DNA from: Candidatus Zixiibacteriota bacterium
Lineage (GTDB): Bacteria > Zixibacteria > MSB-5A5 > GN15 > FEB-12
Direction: 5' to 3'
DNA: 25,631 bases
Assembly: GCA_041742355.1 (NCBI GenBank)
Contig: JBGSIV010000001.1
Span: 1 to 25,631 of the forward strand
Part shown: positions 17,880 through 25,400 of the stretch, piece by piece
How the letters are laid out: every line of letters starts with the position of its first letter
How positions within the stretch are numbered: position 1 is the first letter of the stretch
Notes under the pieces: model-generated
What the model saw: the letters and a program-made list of their open reading frames with translations, nothing else
What the model was told of the DNA's origin: nothing
The model's database searches: none
Position numbers and translations under genes: made by a program

Positions 17880-18397
17880 TACGCTCCCTGCGCCTGCTTC
17901 ATCGCCCACGCCGCCGCCTCGACCGGATCGTCATACTGCGGTATCTCCACCCCGAGCTGCCACGCCCCGACCGAGACCAGCGGCTTGCCCAGTTTCAGCG
18001 CAAACGCCATCTCGCTGAGTGTCCCGAACTCCCCCGGAAACGCGATCACCGCATCAGCCGTTTTCACGATCACGATATTTCGTGCCTCGCCGAATCCGGT
18101 CGCGACAGCATAGTCAATGTACCGGTTGGCCGCCCCGGCGTCAGATCCCGGCAGAATGCCGATCGTCGTTCCCCCCGCTTCTTTCGCCCCGCGCGCCGCC
18201 CCTTCCATCACCCCGCCCAGCCCGCCGCACACCACCACTCCCCCGTGCTCGGCCACATACTTCCCGGCCGAAGCTGCCTTGTCCGCCAATTCCGAGGAAC
18301 AGGTTCCGGCTCCGATGATAGCGACCGTAACCTTCCGGCCGCCCGGCCTGGTCGTCGTAGCTTCTGTTGTCTGGATTGTCCTTGTGCGTGAACGCAT
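17879..18397 (-). CDS. TIGR00725-type LOG/SLOG-family nucleotide-binding protein
   Basis: VAIIGAG, VVCGGLGGVMEGAARGAKEAGGTTIGILPG, GEARN, GEFGTLSEMAFAL. Confidence 0.9.
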   Translation of the reverse strand: MRSRTRTIQTTEATTTRPGGRKVTVAIIGAGTCSSELADKAASAGKYVAEHGGVVVCGGLGGVMEGAARGAKEAGGTTIGILPGSDAGAANRYIDYAVATGFGEARNIVIVKTADAVIAFPGEFGTLSEMAFALKLGKPLVSVGAWQLGVEIPQYDDPVEAAAWAMKQAQGA

Positions 18398-18446
18398 CTG
18401 ATTATCCCACCCGGGGACACCTGCGCGGTACTGGCTGAAAGAAAAA

Positions 18447-18520
18447 TCGGGGCGACTGGATTTGAACCAGCGACTCCTTAGTCCCGAACCAAGTGCGCTA
18501 CCAAACTGCGCTACGCCCCG
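18447..18520 (-). tRNA. tRNA-Pro (anticodon CGG), CCA not encoded
   Basis: CGGGGCG TAGCGCAGTTTGGTAGCGCA CTTGG TT-CGG-GA CTAAG GAGTC GCTGG TTCAAAT CCAGT CGCCCCG A, followed by TTTTT. Confidence 0.96.
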
Positions 18521-18540
18521 ATTATTTCAAAGACTGACCA

Positions 18541-18568
18541 AAGAAAGCCCAAATTGCCGTCTTGTCAA
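18541..18568 (-). promoter_or_regulatory. Putative promoter of tRNA-Pro
   Basis: TTGACA-N16-TTTCTT about 20 nt upstream of the tRNA. Confidence 0.45.
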
Positions 18569-18609
18569 CTGCTTTTTCGCCCCCGGCCCCACTGCCATCC
18601 AATATCTTC

Positions 18610-18727
18610 GTGCGCGGCAGATACCCCGTCCTGTGCGCGGCACATGTCCTCCAGTGCGCGGCAGATGTCCACCAGTGCACGGCAGATGCCCTAATCCTGT
18701 GCGCGGCACATGTCCACATGTGCCGCG
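18610..18727 (+). repeat. Five tandem 21-24 bp units (GTGCRCGGCASATG...), the last completed as a palindrome
   Basis: Units start at 18610, 18633, 18654, 18675 and 18699. The last contains CGCGGCACATGT-cc-ACATGTGCCGCG. Confidence 0.9.
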
Positions 18728-18751
18728 TAGGGGCGGGGCTTGCCCCCGCCC
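18727..18751 (+). repeat. GTAG-family REP element
   Basis: GTAG-GGGCGGGG-cttgc-CCCCGCCC. Confidence 0.85.
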
Positions 18752-18779
18752 GATCCGTCGTTCCCGCCCAATCGAATGC

Positions 18780-19021
18780 GCGTCAAGCACGCAGGGCCGT
18801 GCTTGACCTACCTCGGACAACACCGATGCGTTTCGATTCCACGGTAGGTCAAACACCGGTTTCGGTGTTTGACATGAGACATCTTCCCGCAATCGGATCC
18901 GCGTCAAGCACGCAAGGCCGTGCTTGACCTACCCCGGACAACACCGATGCGTTTCGATTCCACGGTAGGTCAAACACCGGTTTCGGTGTTTGACATGGGA
19001 CATCGTCCCGTAATCTGATTC
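18780..19021. repeat. Two tandem 121-bp units, each with two oppositely oriented GTAG-REP hairpins (BIME-like)
   Basis: 18780-18900 versus 18901-19021, about 7 mismatches. Each carries GTCAAGCACG-N6-CGTGCTTGAC-CTAC and GTAG-GTCAAACACCG-gttt-CGGTGTTTGAC. Confidence 0.92.
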
Positions 19022-19026
19022 TCCCC

Positions 19027-19788
19027 CTACAACCGGAACCGCTTCTTCCGCAACGCCCCGAGCAGCTCGGTATCGGTGAAATTCAACCGCAACGGCGTGA
19101 TCGACACCACATTCCGGCTCACCGCCTCGAAATCAGTCCCCTTTTCCTTTGTCCACTTCGGCTTCCCCCCGATCCAGTAGTACGGCTTTCCCCGCGGATC
19201 GGTCTTGTGAATGATGATATCCTTGTACTGGCGAAATCCCTGCCGCGTGAACTCGAACGCCCCGTACGGACGTCCCGTGTCCATGGGCAGGTTGACATTC
19301 AGGAAGACCCCGATCGGGAGATCCATCTGGGCGACCATCTCCACCAGCTTCACCACGAAATTCGCCGCCCGTGTCATCTTTGTCCCCGGCTCGTAGTTCG
19401 CCATCGACACCGCCACCGACGGCACCCGCATGATCGACCCTTCGATCGCCGCCGCCACCGTCCCCGAATAGGTGACATCATCCCCCATGTTCGCGCCGTG
19501 ATTGATCCCGGAGATAATCATGTCCGGCAGCTCCCCCTTGAACACCAGGTGCGCTCCCAGCATCACGCAGTCGGTCGGCGTCCCGTCGGTGGTATACCGG
19601 CGGTCATCGATCTTGTGTACGCGCAGCGGACGGTTCAACGTCAGCGAGTGCGACGAAGCCGATTGCTCACGGTCCGGCGCCACCATGTAGACATCGTGCA
19701 TCCGGCCGAGCGCCTTGTACAGCTCGTTGATGCCGTCCGAAAAGTACCCGTCGTCGTTGGTCAGGAGGATCCGCTTCCCCTCAGACAT
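19027..19788 (-). CDS. surE: 5'/3'-nucleotidase SurE
   Basis: ILLTNDDG, APDREQSASSHSLTL, DGTPTDCV, SGINHGANMGDDVTYSGTVAAAIEG. Confidence 0.97.
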   Translation of the reverse strand: MSEGKRILLTNDDGYFSDGINELYKALGRMHDVYMVAPDREQSASSHSLTLNRPLRVHKIDDRRYTTDGTPTDCVMLGAHLVFKGELPDMIISGINHGANMGDDVTYSGTVAAAIEGSIMRVPSVAVSMANYEPGTKMTRAANFVVKLVEMVAQMDLPIGVFLNVNLPMDTGRPYGAFEFTRQGFRQYKDIIIHKTDPRGKPYYWIGGKPKWTKEKGTDFEAVSRNVVSITPLRLNFTDTELLGALRKKRFRL

Positions 19789-20245
19789 CGGGCGCCTCCA
19801 GCCCCTGCATCCGCATCAGCATGAAAATCTGCCCCCGGTGCCGCGCCTGGTGCTCCACCACGTGCCACGACGTCCACCGCTTCGACACCTTGTCGACCGA
19901 TCCGTCCCGCCGAAGCACCGCGTAAAACACTTCGTCCCAGTCTTCGATCTCCTGCTCTTCCAGCCACCGCGTGAAATACGCCTCCCACTCGTCGAGCAGA
20001 CCGAAGATCTCCGCCTTCGTTTTCGCCGCCTCGAAGCGGGTGAAATCCGGACGGCCCGGCATTCCGGCCGCCACGTGCCCGATCCAGTAGTACTCGCAGT
20101 CGGCAATGTGCGAAAGGAGACCGCCGATAGTCGCCGGGTACGACGGCGACATCCACTCCAGCTGCTCCTGCGTCAGTCCGGAGACAATCTGCACGAGCTC
20201 CCTCCGGACAGTGAAGTAGTTCGAAAAGAATTGTGCCAATTTCAT
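19781..20245 (-). CDS. DinB/YfiT-family protein
   Basis: TIGGLLSHIADCE and WHVVEHQARHRGQI metal-binding His triad; overlaps the surE start by 8 nt. Start uncertain (20245-20281). Confidence 0.88.
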   Translation of the reverse strand: MKLAQFFSNYFTVRRELVQIVSGLTQEQLEWMSPSYPATIGGLLSHIADCEYYWIGHVAAGMPGRPDFTRFEAAKTKAEIFGLLDEWEAYFTRWLEEQEIEDWDEVFYAVLRRDGSVDKVSKRWTSWHVVEHQARHRGQIFMLMRMQGLEAPDV

Positions 20246-20320
20246 GGAAGATAGTTTACTCTCGATCGGCATCGGTCGCAAGGATTAATGTGGTCAGACA
20301 GAATCGCAAACTCTTCTCCT

Positions 20321-20486
20321 GTAGGTCTGGTCCCTCGCGGTGTACGGTGTCAAGACATAGTATACACTGTGTGTCAAGGCGTAGGTCAAATCCCCTTTGC
20401 CGCCGCTTACCTTCTATCCGAGCGCGCGACTTTCGGTAACCTACAATCAACTCCAGTCGCTTCGAGGGATTTGACTTCGACCTGAC
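20321..20486 (+). repeat. Nested or interrupted GTAG-REP-like elements
   Basis: Outer GTAG-GTCTGGTC...GACCTGAC (one mismatch). Inner GTAG-GTCAAATCCC (20381-20394)...GGGATTTGAC (20466-20475). Confidence 0.55.
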
Positions 20487-20553
20487 ACCCGCCCAGGGCT
20501 CGCCCCCGCCCCTTGACCCCGAACCGCGCGCCTCCGCCCAACCCCCTCCCCCC

Positions 20554-20581
20554 TTGACTTCCCTCGAAAAACGACTACCTT
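20554..20581 (+). promoter_or_regulatory. Possible sigma70 promoter of the plus-strand gene pair
   Basis: TTGACT-N16-TACCTT; a second TATAAC hexamer lies at 20586-20591. Confidence 0.4.
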
Positions 20582-20624
20582 GCTCTATAACAACGGTCTG
20601 CCTTACACCAGGAGCCACTGCTCG

Positions 20625-21788
20625 ATGTCCGACCACCACACCGGCGCCGGCCGCATCCTCTCGGTCGACACCATGCGCGGTTTCGCCATGGTCCTCGTCA
20701 TGCTTCAGCATGCCTACCAGGTGGTCGACCCGGGTCGGATCTCCCCCCTCACCGACCTCGCTATCTACCTCCCGACCCGCATGGCCTCGGTTGCCTTTAT
20801 GTCGGTCTCCGGGATGATGATCGCTTACTTTCTCTGCACCGTCCCCGACTGGACCGCCGTCTACCGGCGCTTCGCCCGCCGCGCCCTCATGCTCCTGGTG
20901 GTCGCCCACACGGCGATCCATGTCGCCCGGTATTCCTATTACACCCCGGTCGGATTCGCGTCCTTCTGGCAGCACTTCGCCTTCGACTTCCCGATCACAA
21001 CGACGATCGGCCTCTGCCTGCTGATTGCCCCCGTCATCATCCGCCGCACGTCGCTGATCTCCCGCGCCGTTGTCGTCGGAGCCCTGCTGGTTTCGACCTC
21101 GGCGGCGATTATGCTCTGGCGCCCGGAGAGCACCTTCGCCCTCGCGCTCAAGACCGCCCTCTTCGGCGGCCCCGAGGGACAATCCCCGATTATCGTCGGA
21201 TGGCCCCTGATCCCCTGGCTGGCGATCTTCCTCGGCGGATCGCTGGTTGGTGAGGCTCTCGCCCGCGTCCGCTGCGGAGAACTGTCGATGACCACGCTCA
21301 CCGCCCAAGCCCGGCGCGCCGGCCTTGTCCTCCTCGTGATCGGCCTCGCTCTCACCGCCGGCTACAAGTTCGGCAAGCAGTGGCTGGGAGTCGATGACCC
21401 GCTTGTTTTCAGCGCGCTCTACCCCACCCGCACCACCTCGCTCCTCTTCGTTTACTGGGCGGTCCTCCTGTGGATCTTCTCGCTCCTGATCGACCGCATC
21501 GACCTCCACGGCCGCTACGGCCGCCTCTCCTGGGCGCTGTCGGTCTTCGGACGAACGTCGCTCTTCACCTATGTCGTGCAGTTTGTCTTCGTGCATTCCC
21601 TCCCCGCGCTCGTCGGCTGGCACTGGAATATCGGCCTGGGCGGCTTTGCCGCGATCTTCCTCTACACGGTCCCGATGACCTGGTTGTGTTCGTATGCGTA
21701 TGGCCGCATGCGCGGCTGGCTCTCCCCCGCCGACTTCTCCCGGCTGAAGTCCTTCGCCGCCCGTCACCACGAACTGCCGGCCCACTGA
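20625..21788 (+). CDS. Polytopic membrane protein, heparan-alpha-glucosaminide N-acetyltransferase / DUF1624 / OpgC-like acyltransferase family
   Basis: AGGAG SD; RILSVDTMRGFAMVLVMLQH, FMSVSG, WPLIPW, FGRTSLFTYVVQ; about 10 TM segments. Confidence 0.8.
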   Translation: MSDHHTGAGRILSVDTMRGFAMVLVMLQHAYQVVDPGRISPLTDLAIYLPTRMASVAFMSVSGMMIAYFLCTVPDWTAVYRRFARRALMLLVVAHTAIHVARYSYYTPVGFASFWQHFAFDFPITTTIGLCLLIAPVIIRRTSLISRAVVVGALLVSTSAAIMLWRPESTFALALKTALFGGPEGQSPIIVGWPLIPWLAIFLGGSLVGEALARVRCGELSMTTLTAQARRAGLVLLVIGLALTAGYKFGKQWLGVDDPLVFSALYPTRTTSLLFVYWAVLLWIFSLLIDRIDLHGRYGRLSWALSVFGRTSLFTYVVQFVFVHSLPALVGWHWNIGLGGFAAIFLYTVPMTWLCSYAYGRMRGWLSPADFSRLKSFAARHHELPAH

Positions 21789-21876
21789 TCCCCCTTCCCC
21801 CCCGTCCCGAAATCTACTATATTGGCCCACATTGATAACCGACCCCGAAACCCAGGGTACCGATAAAGGACCAATT

Positions 21877-22341
21877 ATGACTCCGGAAATGTTCTGGCGC
21901 GCCTACCTCGCCACCCTCCCCGCCGATCACCCCGCCCACACCCTGCCGACACCCGTGGCCGAAGGCTTCGGCGACTCCCCGGCCCTGGCCGAGGAACTCG
22001 GCCAGTTGATCTACCGCGGACTCAAGACCGCCACCTGCGCCTCATTGTGGGAGCACGAAGCCGAAGGCATTCCGATCCCGCAAGTCGGCCTGTACGACAT
22101 CGTCCTCGATGGCCAGGGGGAGCCTCTCACCATCAACGAGCTCACCGAGGTGACGATTCGGCCCTATGACGAGGTCGATGCCGCGTTCGCCTATGAGGAA
22201 GGCGAGGGGGATCGCTCGCTTGCGTCCTGGCGCGACGGCCACTGGCGGTTCTTCTCCCGCGTATTGGCCAAGATCGGTCGCGAAGCCGATCCGAAGATGC
22301 CGCTGATTTGCCAGCGCTTCCGCGTCGTCTTCCGACGGTAG
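21877..22341 (+). CDS. ASCH-domain protein
   Basis: FGDSPALAEELGQLIYRGLKTATCASL (GxKxAT), FAYEEGEGDRSLASWR; AAGGA SD before ATG 21877. Confidence 0.92.
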   Translation: MTPEMFWRAYLATLPADHPAHTLPTPVAEGFGDSPALAEELGQLIYRGLKTATCASLWEHEAEGIPIPQVGLYDIVLDGQGEPLTINELTEVTIRPYDEVDAAFAYEEGEGDRSLASWRDGHWRFFSRVLAKIGREADPKMPLICQRFRVVFRR

Positions 22342-22407
22342 CCTTCGGACTGAAGCCCGGGTGCCCCAACGCTTGCGTTGGGGAGAAGATTCCGCGGGGG
22401 AGATTTT

Positions 22408-22522
22408 GTAAGGACAACTTCGTAGGGGTGACTTCGTCGGGCACGACTTCGTAGGGCACGACTTCGTAAGTGCGATTTCGTTGGGGCGACTTCGTAGGGC
22501 ACGACCCTTCAGCGGTCGTGCC
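22408..22522 (+). repeat. Six tandem 14-15 bp REP left-arm units followed by one complete GTAG-REP
   Basis: GTAAGGACAACTTC, GTAGGGGTGACTTC, GTCGGGCACGACTTC, GTAGGGCACGACTTC, GTAAGTGCGATTTC, GTTGGGGCGACTTC, then GTAG-GGCACGACC-cttcagc-GGTCGTGCC. Confidence 0.9.
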
Positions 22523-22550
22523 TTGTCCTTTGATGGAAAATGCGAGTCTT

Positions 22551-22579
22551 GTAGGGCAGGAGTCCCTCAGACTCCTGCC
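22551..22579 (+). repeat. GTAG-family REP element
   Basis: GTAG-GGCAGGAGTC-cctca-GACTCCTGCC. Confidence 0.88.
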
Positions 22580-22605
22580 ATCGACCTAATCCGACGAAAA
22601 GAAAT

Positions 22606-22851
22606 TGTCATCCCTGCGAAAGGGCCTGTTGAAAAACCCCGAGCGCGGCTGTTGGCAGTCATTGCGAGGAGCGAAGCGACGAAGCAATCTCTCCCTATTT
22701 CACCTTCACGTAATACTTGACCTCATTCGGGCAGTCTTGTGGCGCAGGAACCCCCAGATTCCTGCTATGTCACATCGCGTGGGGTTGTCATGCTTCGACT
22801 CCGCTCAGCATGACATCCGTTATGCCCGGCCGACATCCTCATCTGCCGCGC
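22606..22851. repeat. Cluster of GTCAT-type and other short palindromic elements
   Basis: TGTCATCCCTGCGAA (truncated); GTCATTGCGAGGAGCGAAGCGACGAAGCAATCTC; GCAGGAA-N8-TTCCTGC; TGTCATGCT-N12-AGCATGACA (22786-22815); CGGCCGACATCCTCATCTGCCG (22827-22848). Confidence 0.7.
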
Positions 22852-22856
22852 CCCCC

Positions 22857-25400
22857 CTACCGGATAATCGCCAGCTTCCCCACCTGGCTCTTCCCTCCCG
22901 GTATCTCCACCACCCAGTAGTACAGGCCGGTTTGGACTCTCTGGTAGTTCCGGTTGATCAGGTCCCACTGGTGACGGCGGGACGTGGCATCGGTGGCCGG
23001 GACATTGTGCTCCATCGTCCGCACCCGATCTCCGTCAATCGTGAACAGGTGAATCGTGCACTTCGGCGGTAGATTCGCAAACCAGATCACCCGCACCCGT
23101 TCATCCCAGCGATCATCCTGGTTTCTCCCCTCTATTCCTATCTCCCGGTAGTCGACATCGAGCCGGTACGGATTCGGGTAGACGTAAATCTGATCGCTGC
23201 CCGACACCGGCTGATCCAGCTCGTGAATGGGGAACGCCTCGACCGGCCGCTCCGTCACTTCCGTCTCCAGGGGCGCCACTCCCGCCGACGGCGAGCCGAA
23301 GTCGAAGGTCGTCACGCTCACGTAGTACGGGACCGTGGGGAGGAGGTCGGTCAGGTCCAGCTGGTACTCGAAGTACTTGAGGTAGCCGTCCTCGGTGTAC
23401 AACTCCGGCGTGAGCTCGTCCGGTTCCAGGGTGCGGGGATCGGGCATGTCCGGGTAGGTCCTGGTGATCGACGTGAGCTGCCCGACGCCCGAGGCGTTGC
23501 GATCGTGAGGCGTGAAGAAGAAGATCGAGTCGGGGAAGCCCTCCGGCTGGAAGTAGTGGCCGCGGTCGGAGTAAGCCGAGGGAACGAAACTGCTGTCAAG
23601 GCAGGGATTGCCGCCTGATCCGTATAAACAGCGCAACTGCTCCAGGGTAAAGGGATCCTCATGCACCGCCCACTCTCCGGTCAGGGAGTCAAACACCCAC
23701 TTGTCGTAGTTGTCCCTGTCGTATGAGGCCACAAGGGAGAAACTCTCTTTGCGCTCGTCCCGGCCTATGTAGACCCGGTATCCTTCGAAATCAACAGTCT
23801 CGGTCAGGACATCTTTGGCCGTCTCGCTGACTTCGCCGTTGAAGCGCACGTGCAACCCGTTCTTGATCGGCTCCACCCAGACAGTGGGCGCGATCGGTGG
23901 GGTTGCGGCCCGCCAGTCGGGGACGCCGTCCCCTTTGTACCACTCGGTATCGGCGACCATGGGTACCCACTGCCCTTCCACCAGGGCCGAATCCAGCACA
24001 CACACCCGGGACTCCCCGAAGTAGCCGTCGCCATCGGTATCGACTCCCGGGTTGTCGTAGATCCGCTGTGCCCAGACGGCATTCCTGGCCAGGTTGGAGA
24101 AATTCACGTTCTTGTACCAGGTGCGGGGATGGTGGGGGAGATTGGCGCCGTTGGTGGGGTCGACATGAAAGGTGTCCCCTGCCACGACACAGAAGTCGAC
24201 CGTCGCCATGGCGCCGGGGTTGAGGCCGTAGGGACCGGTCGCGACCTCGAACCAGGGGAAACCGTGCGACGCGAGGCGTTCGGCAAGGTCCGGCGGCGGC
24301 AGCAGCCAGCCGCTGTGGTCAGGCATAACGCCGGTGAAGGGGGAATCAAAATCAATCTCGCCTTTGCTCATGACATAGTACTCGTTGCGGTCTCCCCCCG
24401 GCCAGCCGGTGTATCCTTGCCCCGTGCGGAGGTTGCGGTAGTTGTCCTGCCGCATCGGGCCGTAGTCCCACCACTCGTAGTACTCCCAGGCCCACCAGTT
24501 GAACGAGTAATACCTCGGCTGTATGGCCGACTCCAGGAAGCGTATTCCCATGATGTCGCGTGGCGATGTCGCTGCCCATCCGCCATTGACCGGATAGCCG
24601 TCGCGGTTGGCCGCCCAGGCGAGGTTCACCGTGTCGAGCAGATCGCACGGCGAGCCGCTGGGGGCCTCCTGCAGGTAGCCGACCACATTGCCGAAACCGA
24701 CCGAATCCTCGGTGCCGCTGATGTGGCCTGTATTCACCGTGATCCCGACATACGCATTCCTGATCGGCTGCTGCCCGATATTGCGTAGTTCGAGGTGGAA
24801 GAAGACGATCTCCGCGGCGTACCGGTACGACCAGACATACGTCTCCTCGGTGATTTCGATATGGAGCGGTTTGTGGGGTCGCCGGTCAAGGTAATCATAC
24901 CAGTTGATGTCGTCGGTTATGGCCGTATCCGTGAAAGCCACCCGGAAATCCTCATCCGACACCATTGTACTCCGGCATTCGCTGGGCGGGTCGATAGCTC
25001 GGCAGTAATCAAACCAGGCTCCGTTCACCGGGATCGGTTGCATTTCCCAGACTCCGGTGCCCCAGGTCGTGGTTACCAGAGTATCGCCGCCGATAATCCC
25101 GCCAACGGAGATGCCGGCTCCATGCAGGCAGTCTCGGCCGGAGCCGAGCGGAAACTCTGCGGCGTGCATGATCAGCTCTCCGGTGATGTATTCCCAGACG
25201 GGGGGGGCGAAAGCCCTGTATCCGAAGTCCCCTCGGTTTGATATCGCGAGCCCGAGCCGGCCAGCCGTGTGGCGGGCCCAGACGATTGGAATTGAGTCGG
25301 TTTGTGCCTGGGCCGCTCCGGTTGGCGCCGTGCGGCCCGTTGATCCCTCTGCCGCGAGTAAGAGCACCACTGCCGCCAGAGCAACGCATCGGAGTCTCAT
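22857..25400 (-). CDS. Large secreted protein with a C-terminal T9SS-sorting/FlgD-Ig-like domain, function unknown
   Basis: Signal-peptide-like MRLRCVALAAVVLLLAAEG at ATG 25400; DTDGDG and GDGVPD Ca-binding-like motifs; FN3-like DFEGYRVY...YYVSVTTFD; C-terminal IYVYPNPY...TIHLFTIDGDRVR...WDL...TGLYYWVVE...GKLAIIR. Confidence 0.82.
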   Translation of the reverse strand: MRLRCVALAAVVLLLAAEGSTGRTAPTGAAQAQTDSIPIVWARHTAGRLGLAISNRGDFGYRAFAPPVWEYITGELIMHAAEFPLGSGRDCLHGAGISVGGIIGGDTLVTTTWGTGVWEMQPIPVNGAWFDYCRAIDPPSECRSTMVSDEDFRVAFTDTAITDDINWYDYLDRRPHKPLHIEITEETYVWSYRYAAEIVFFHLELRNIGQQPIRNAYVGITVNTGHISGTEDSVGFGNVVGYLQEAPSGSPCDLLDTVNLAWAANRDGYPVNGGWAATSPRDIMGIRFLESAIQPRYYSFNWWAWEYYEWWDYGPMRQDNYRNLRTGQGYTGWPGGDRNEYYVMSKGEIDFDSPFTGVMPDHSGWLLPPPDLAERLASHGFPWFEVATGPYGLNPGAMATVDFCVVAGDTFHVDPTNGANLPHHPRTWYKNVNFSNLARNAVWAQRIYDNPGVDTDGDGYFGESRVCVLDSALVEGQWVPMVADTEWYKGDGVPDWRAATPPIAPTVWVEPIKNGLHVRFNGEVSETAKDVLTETVDFEGYRVYIGRDERKESFSLVASYDRDNYDKWVFDSLTGEWAVHEDPFTLEQLRCLYGSGGNPCLDSSFVPSAYSDRGHYFQPEGFPDSIFFFTPHDRNASGVGQLTSITRTYPDMPDPRTLEPDELTPELYTEDGYLKYFEYQLDLTDLLPTVPYYVSVTTFDFGSPSAGVAPLETEVTERPVEAFPIHELDQPVSGSDQIYVYPNPYRLDVDYREIGIEGRNQDDRWDERVRVIWFANLPPKCTIHLFTIDGDRVRTMEHNVPATDATSRRHQWDLINRNYQRVQTGLYYWVVEIPGGKSQVGKLAIIR

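Noticed and set aside
16911..18520. tRNAs as integration sites of an island
   Set aside because: No duplicated tRNA 3' end noticed, no integrase, and the flanking genes are housekeeping.
18610..19021. Possible CRISPR array
   Set aside because: Units abut with only short tails or duplicated intervening sequence; there are no unique 25-45 nt spacers and no cas genes.
20256..21830. 524-aa minus-strand ORF, and other long antisense ORFs such as 530-1666, 4415-5713 and 7277-8860
   Set aside because: Shadow frames of well-supported genes in GC-rich DNA, with no recognisable motifs.
22408..22522. Possible mini-CRISPR or coding repeat (PYEVV peptides in minus-strand ORFs)
   Set aside because: No spacers; mixed 14/15-bp units break the reading frame; the ORFs overlap the ASCH gene antisense.
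19027..22860. Stop codons of surE, ASCH and the large protein all lie within GTAG, suggesting REP-donated stops
   Set aside because: G-ending codons before TAG are common here (also sbcD, GH57, FN3 gene), so chance explains it.
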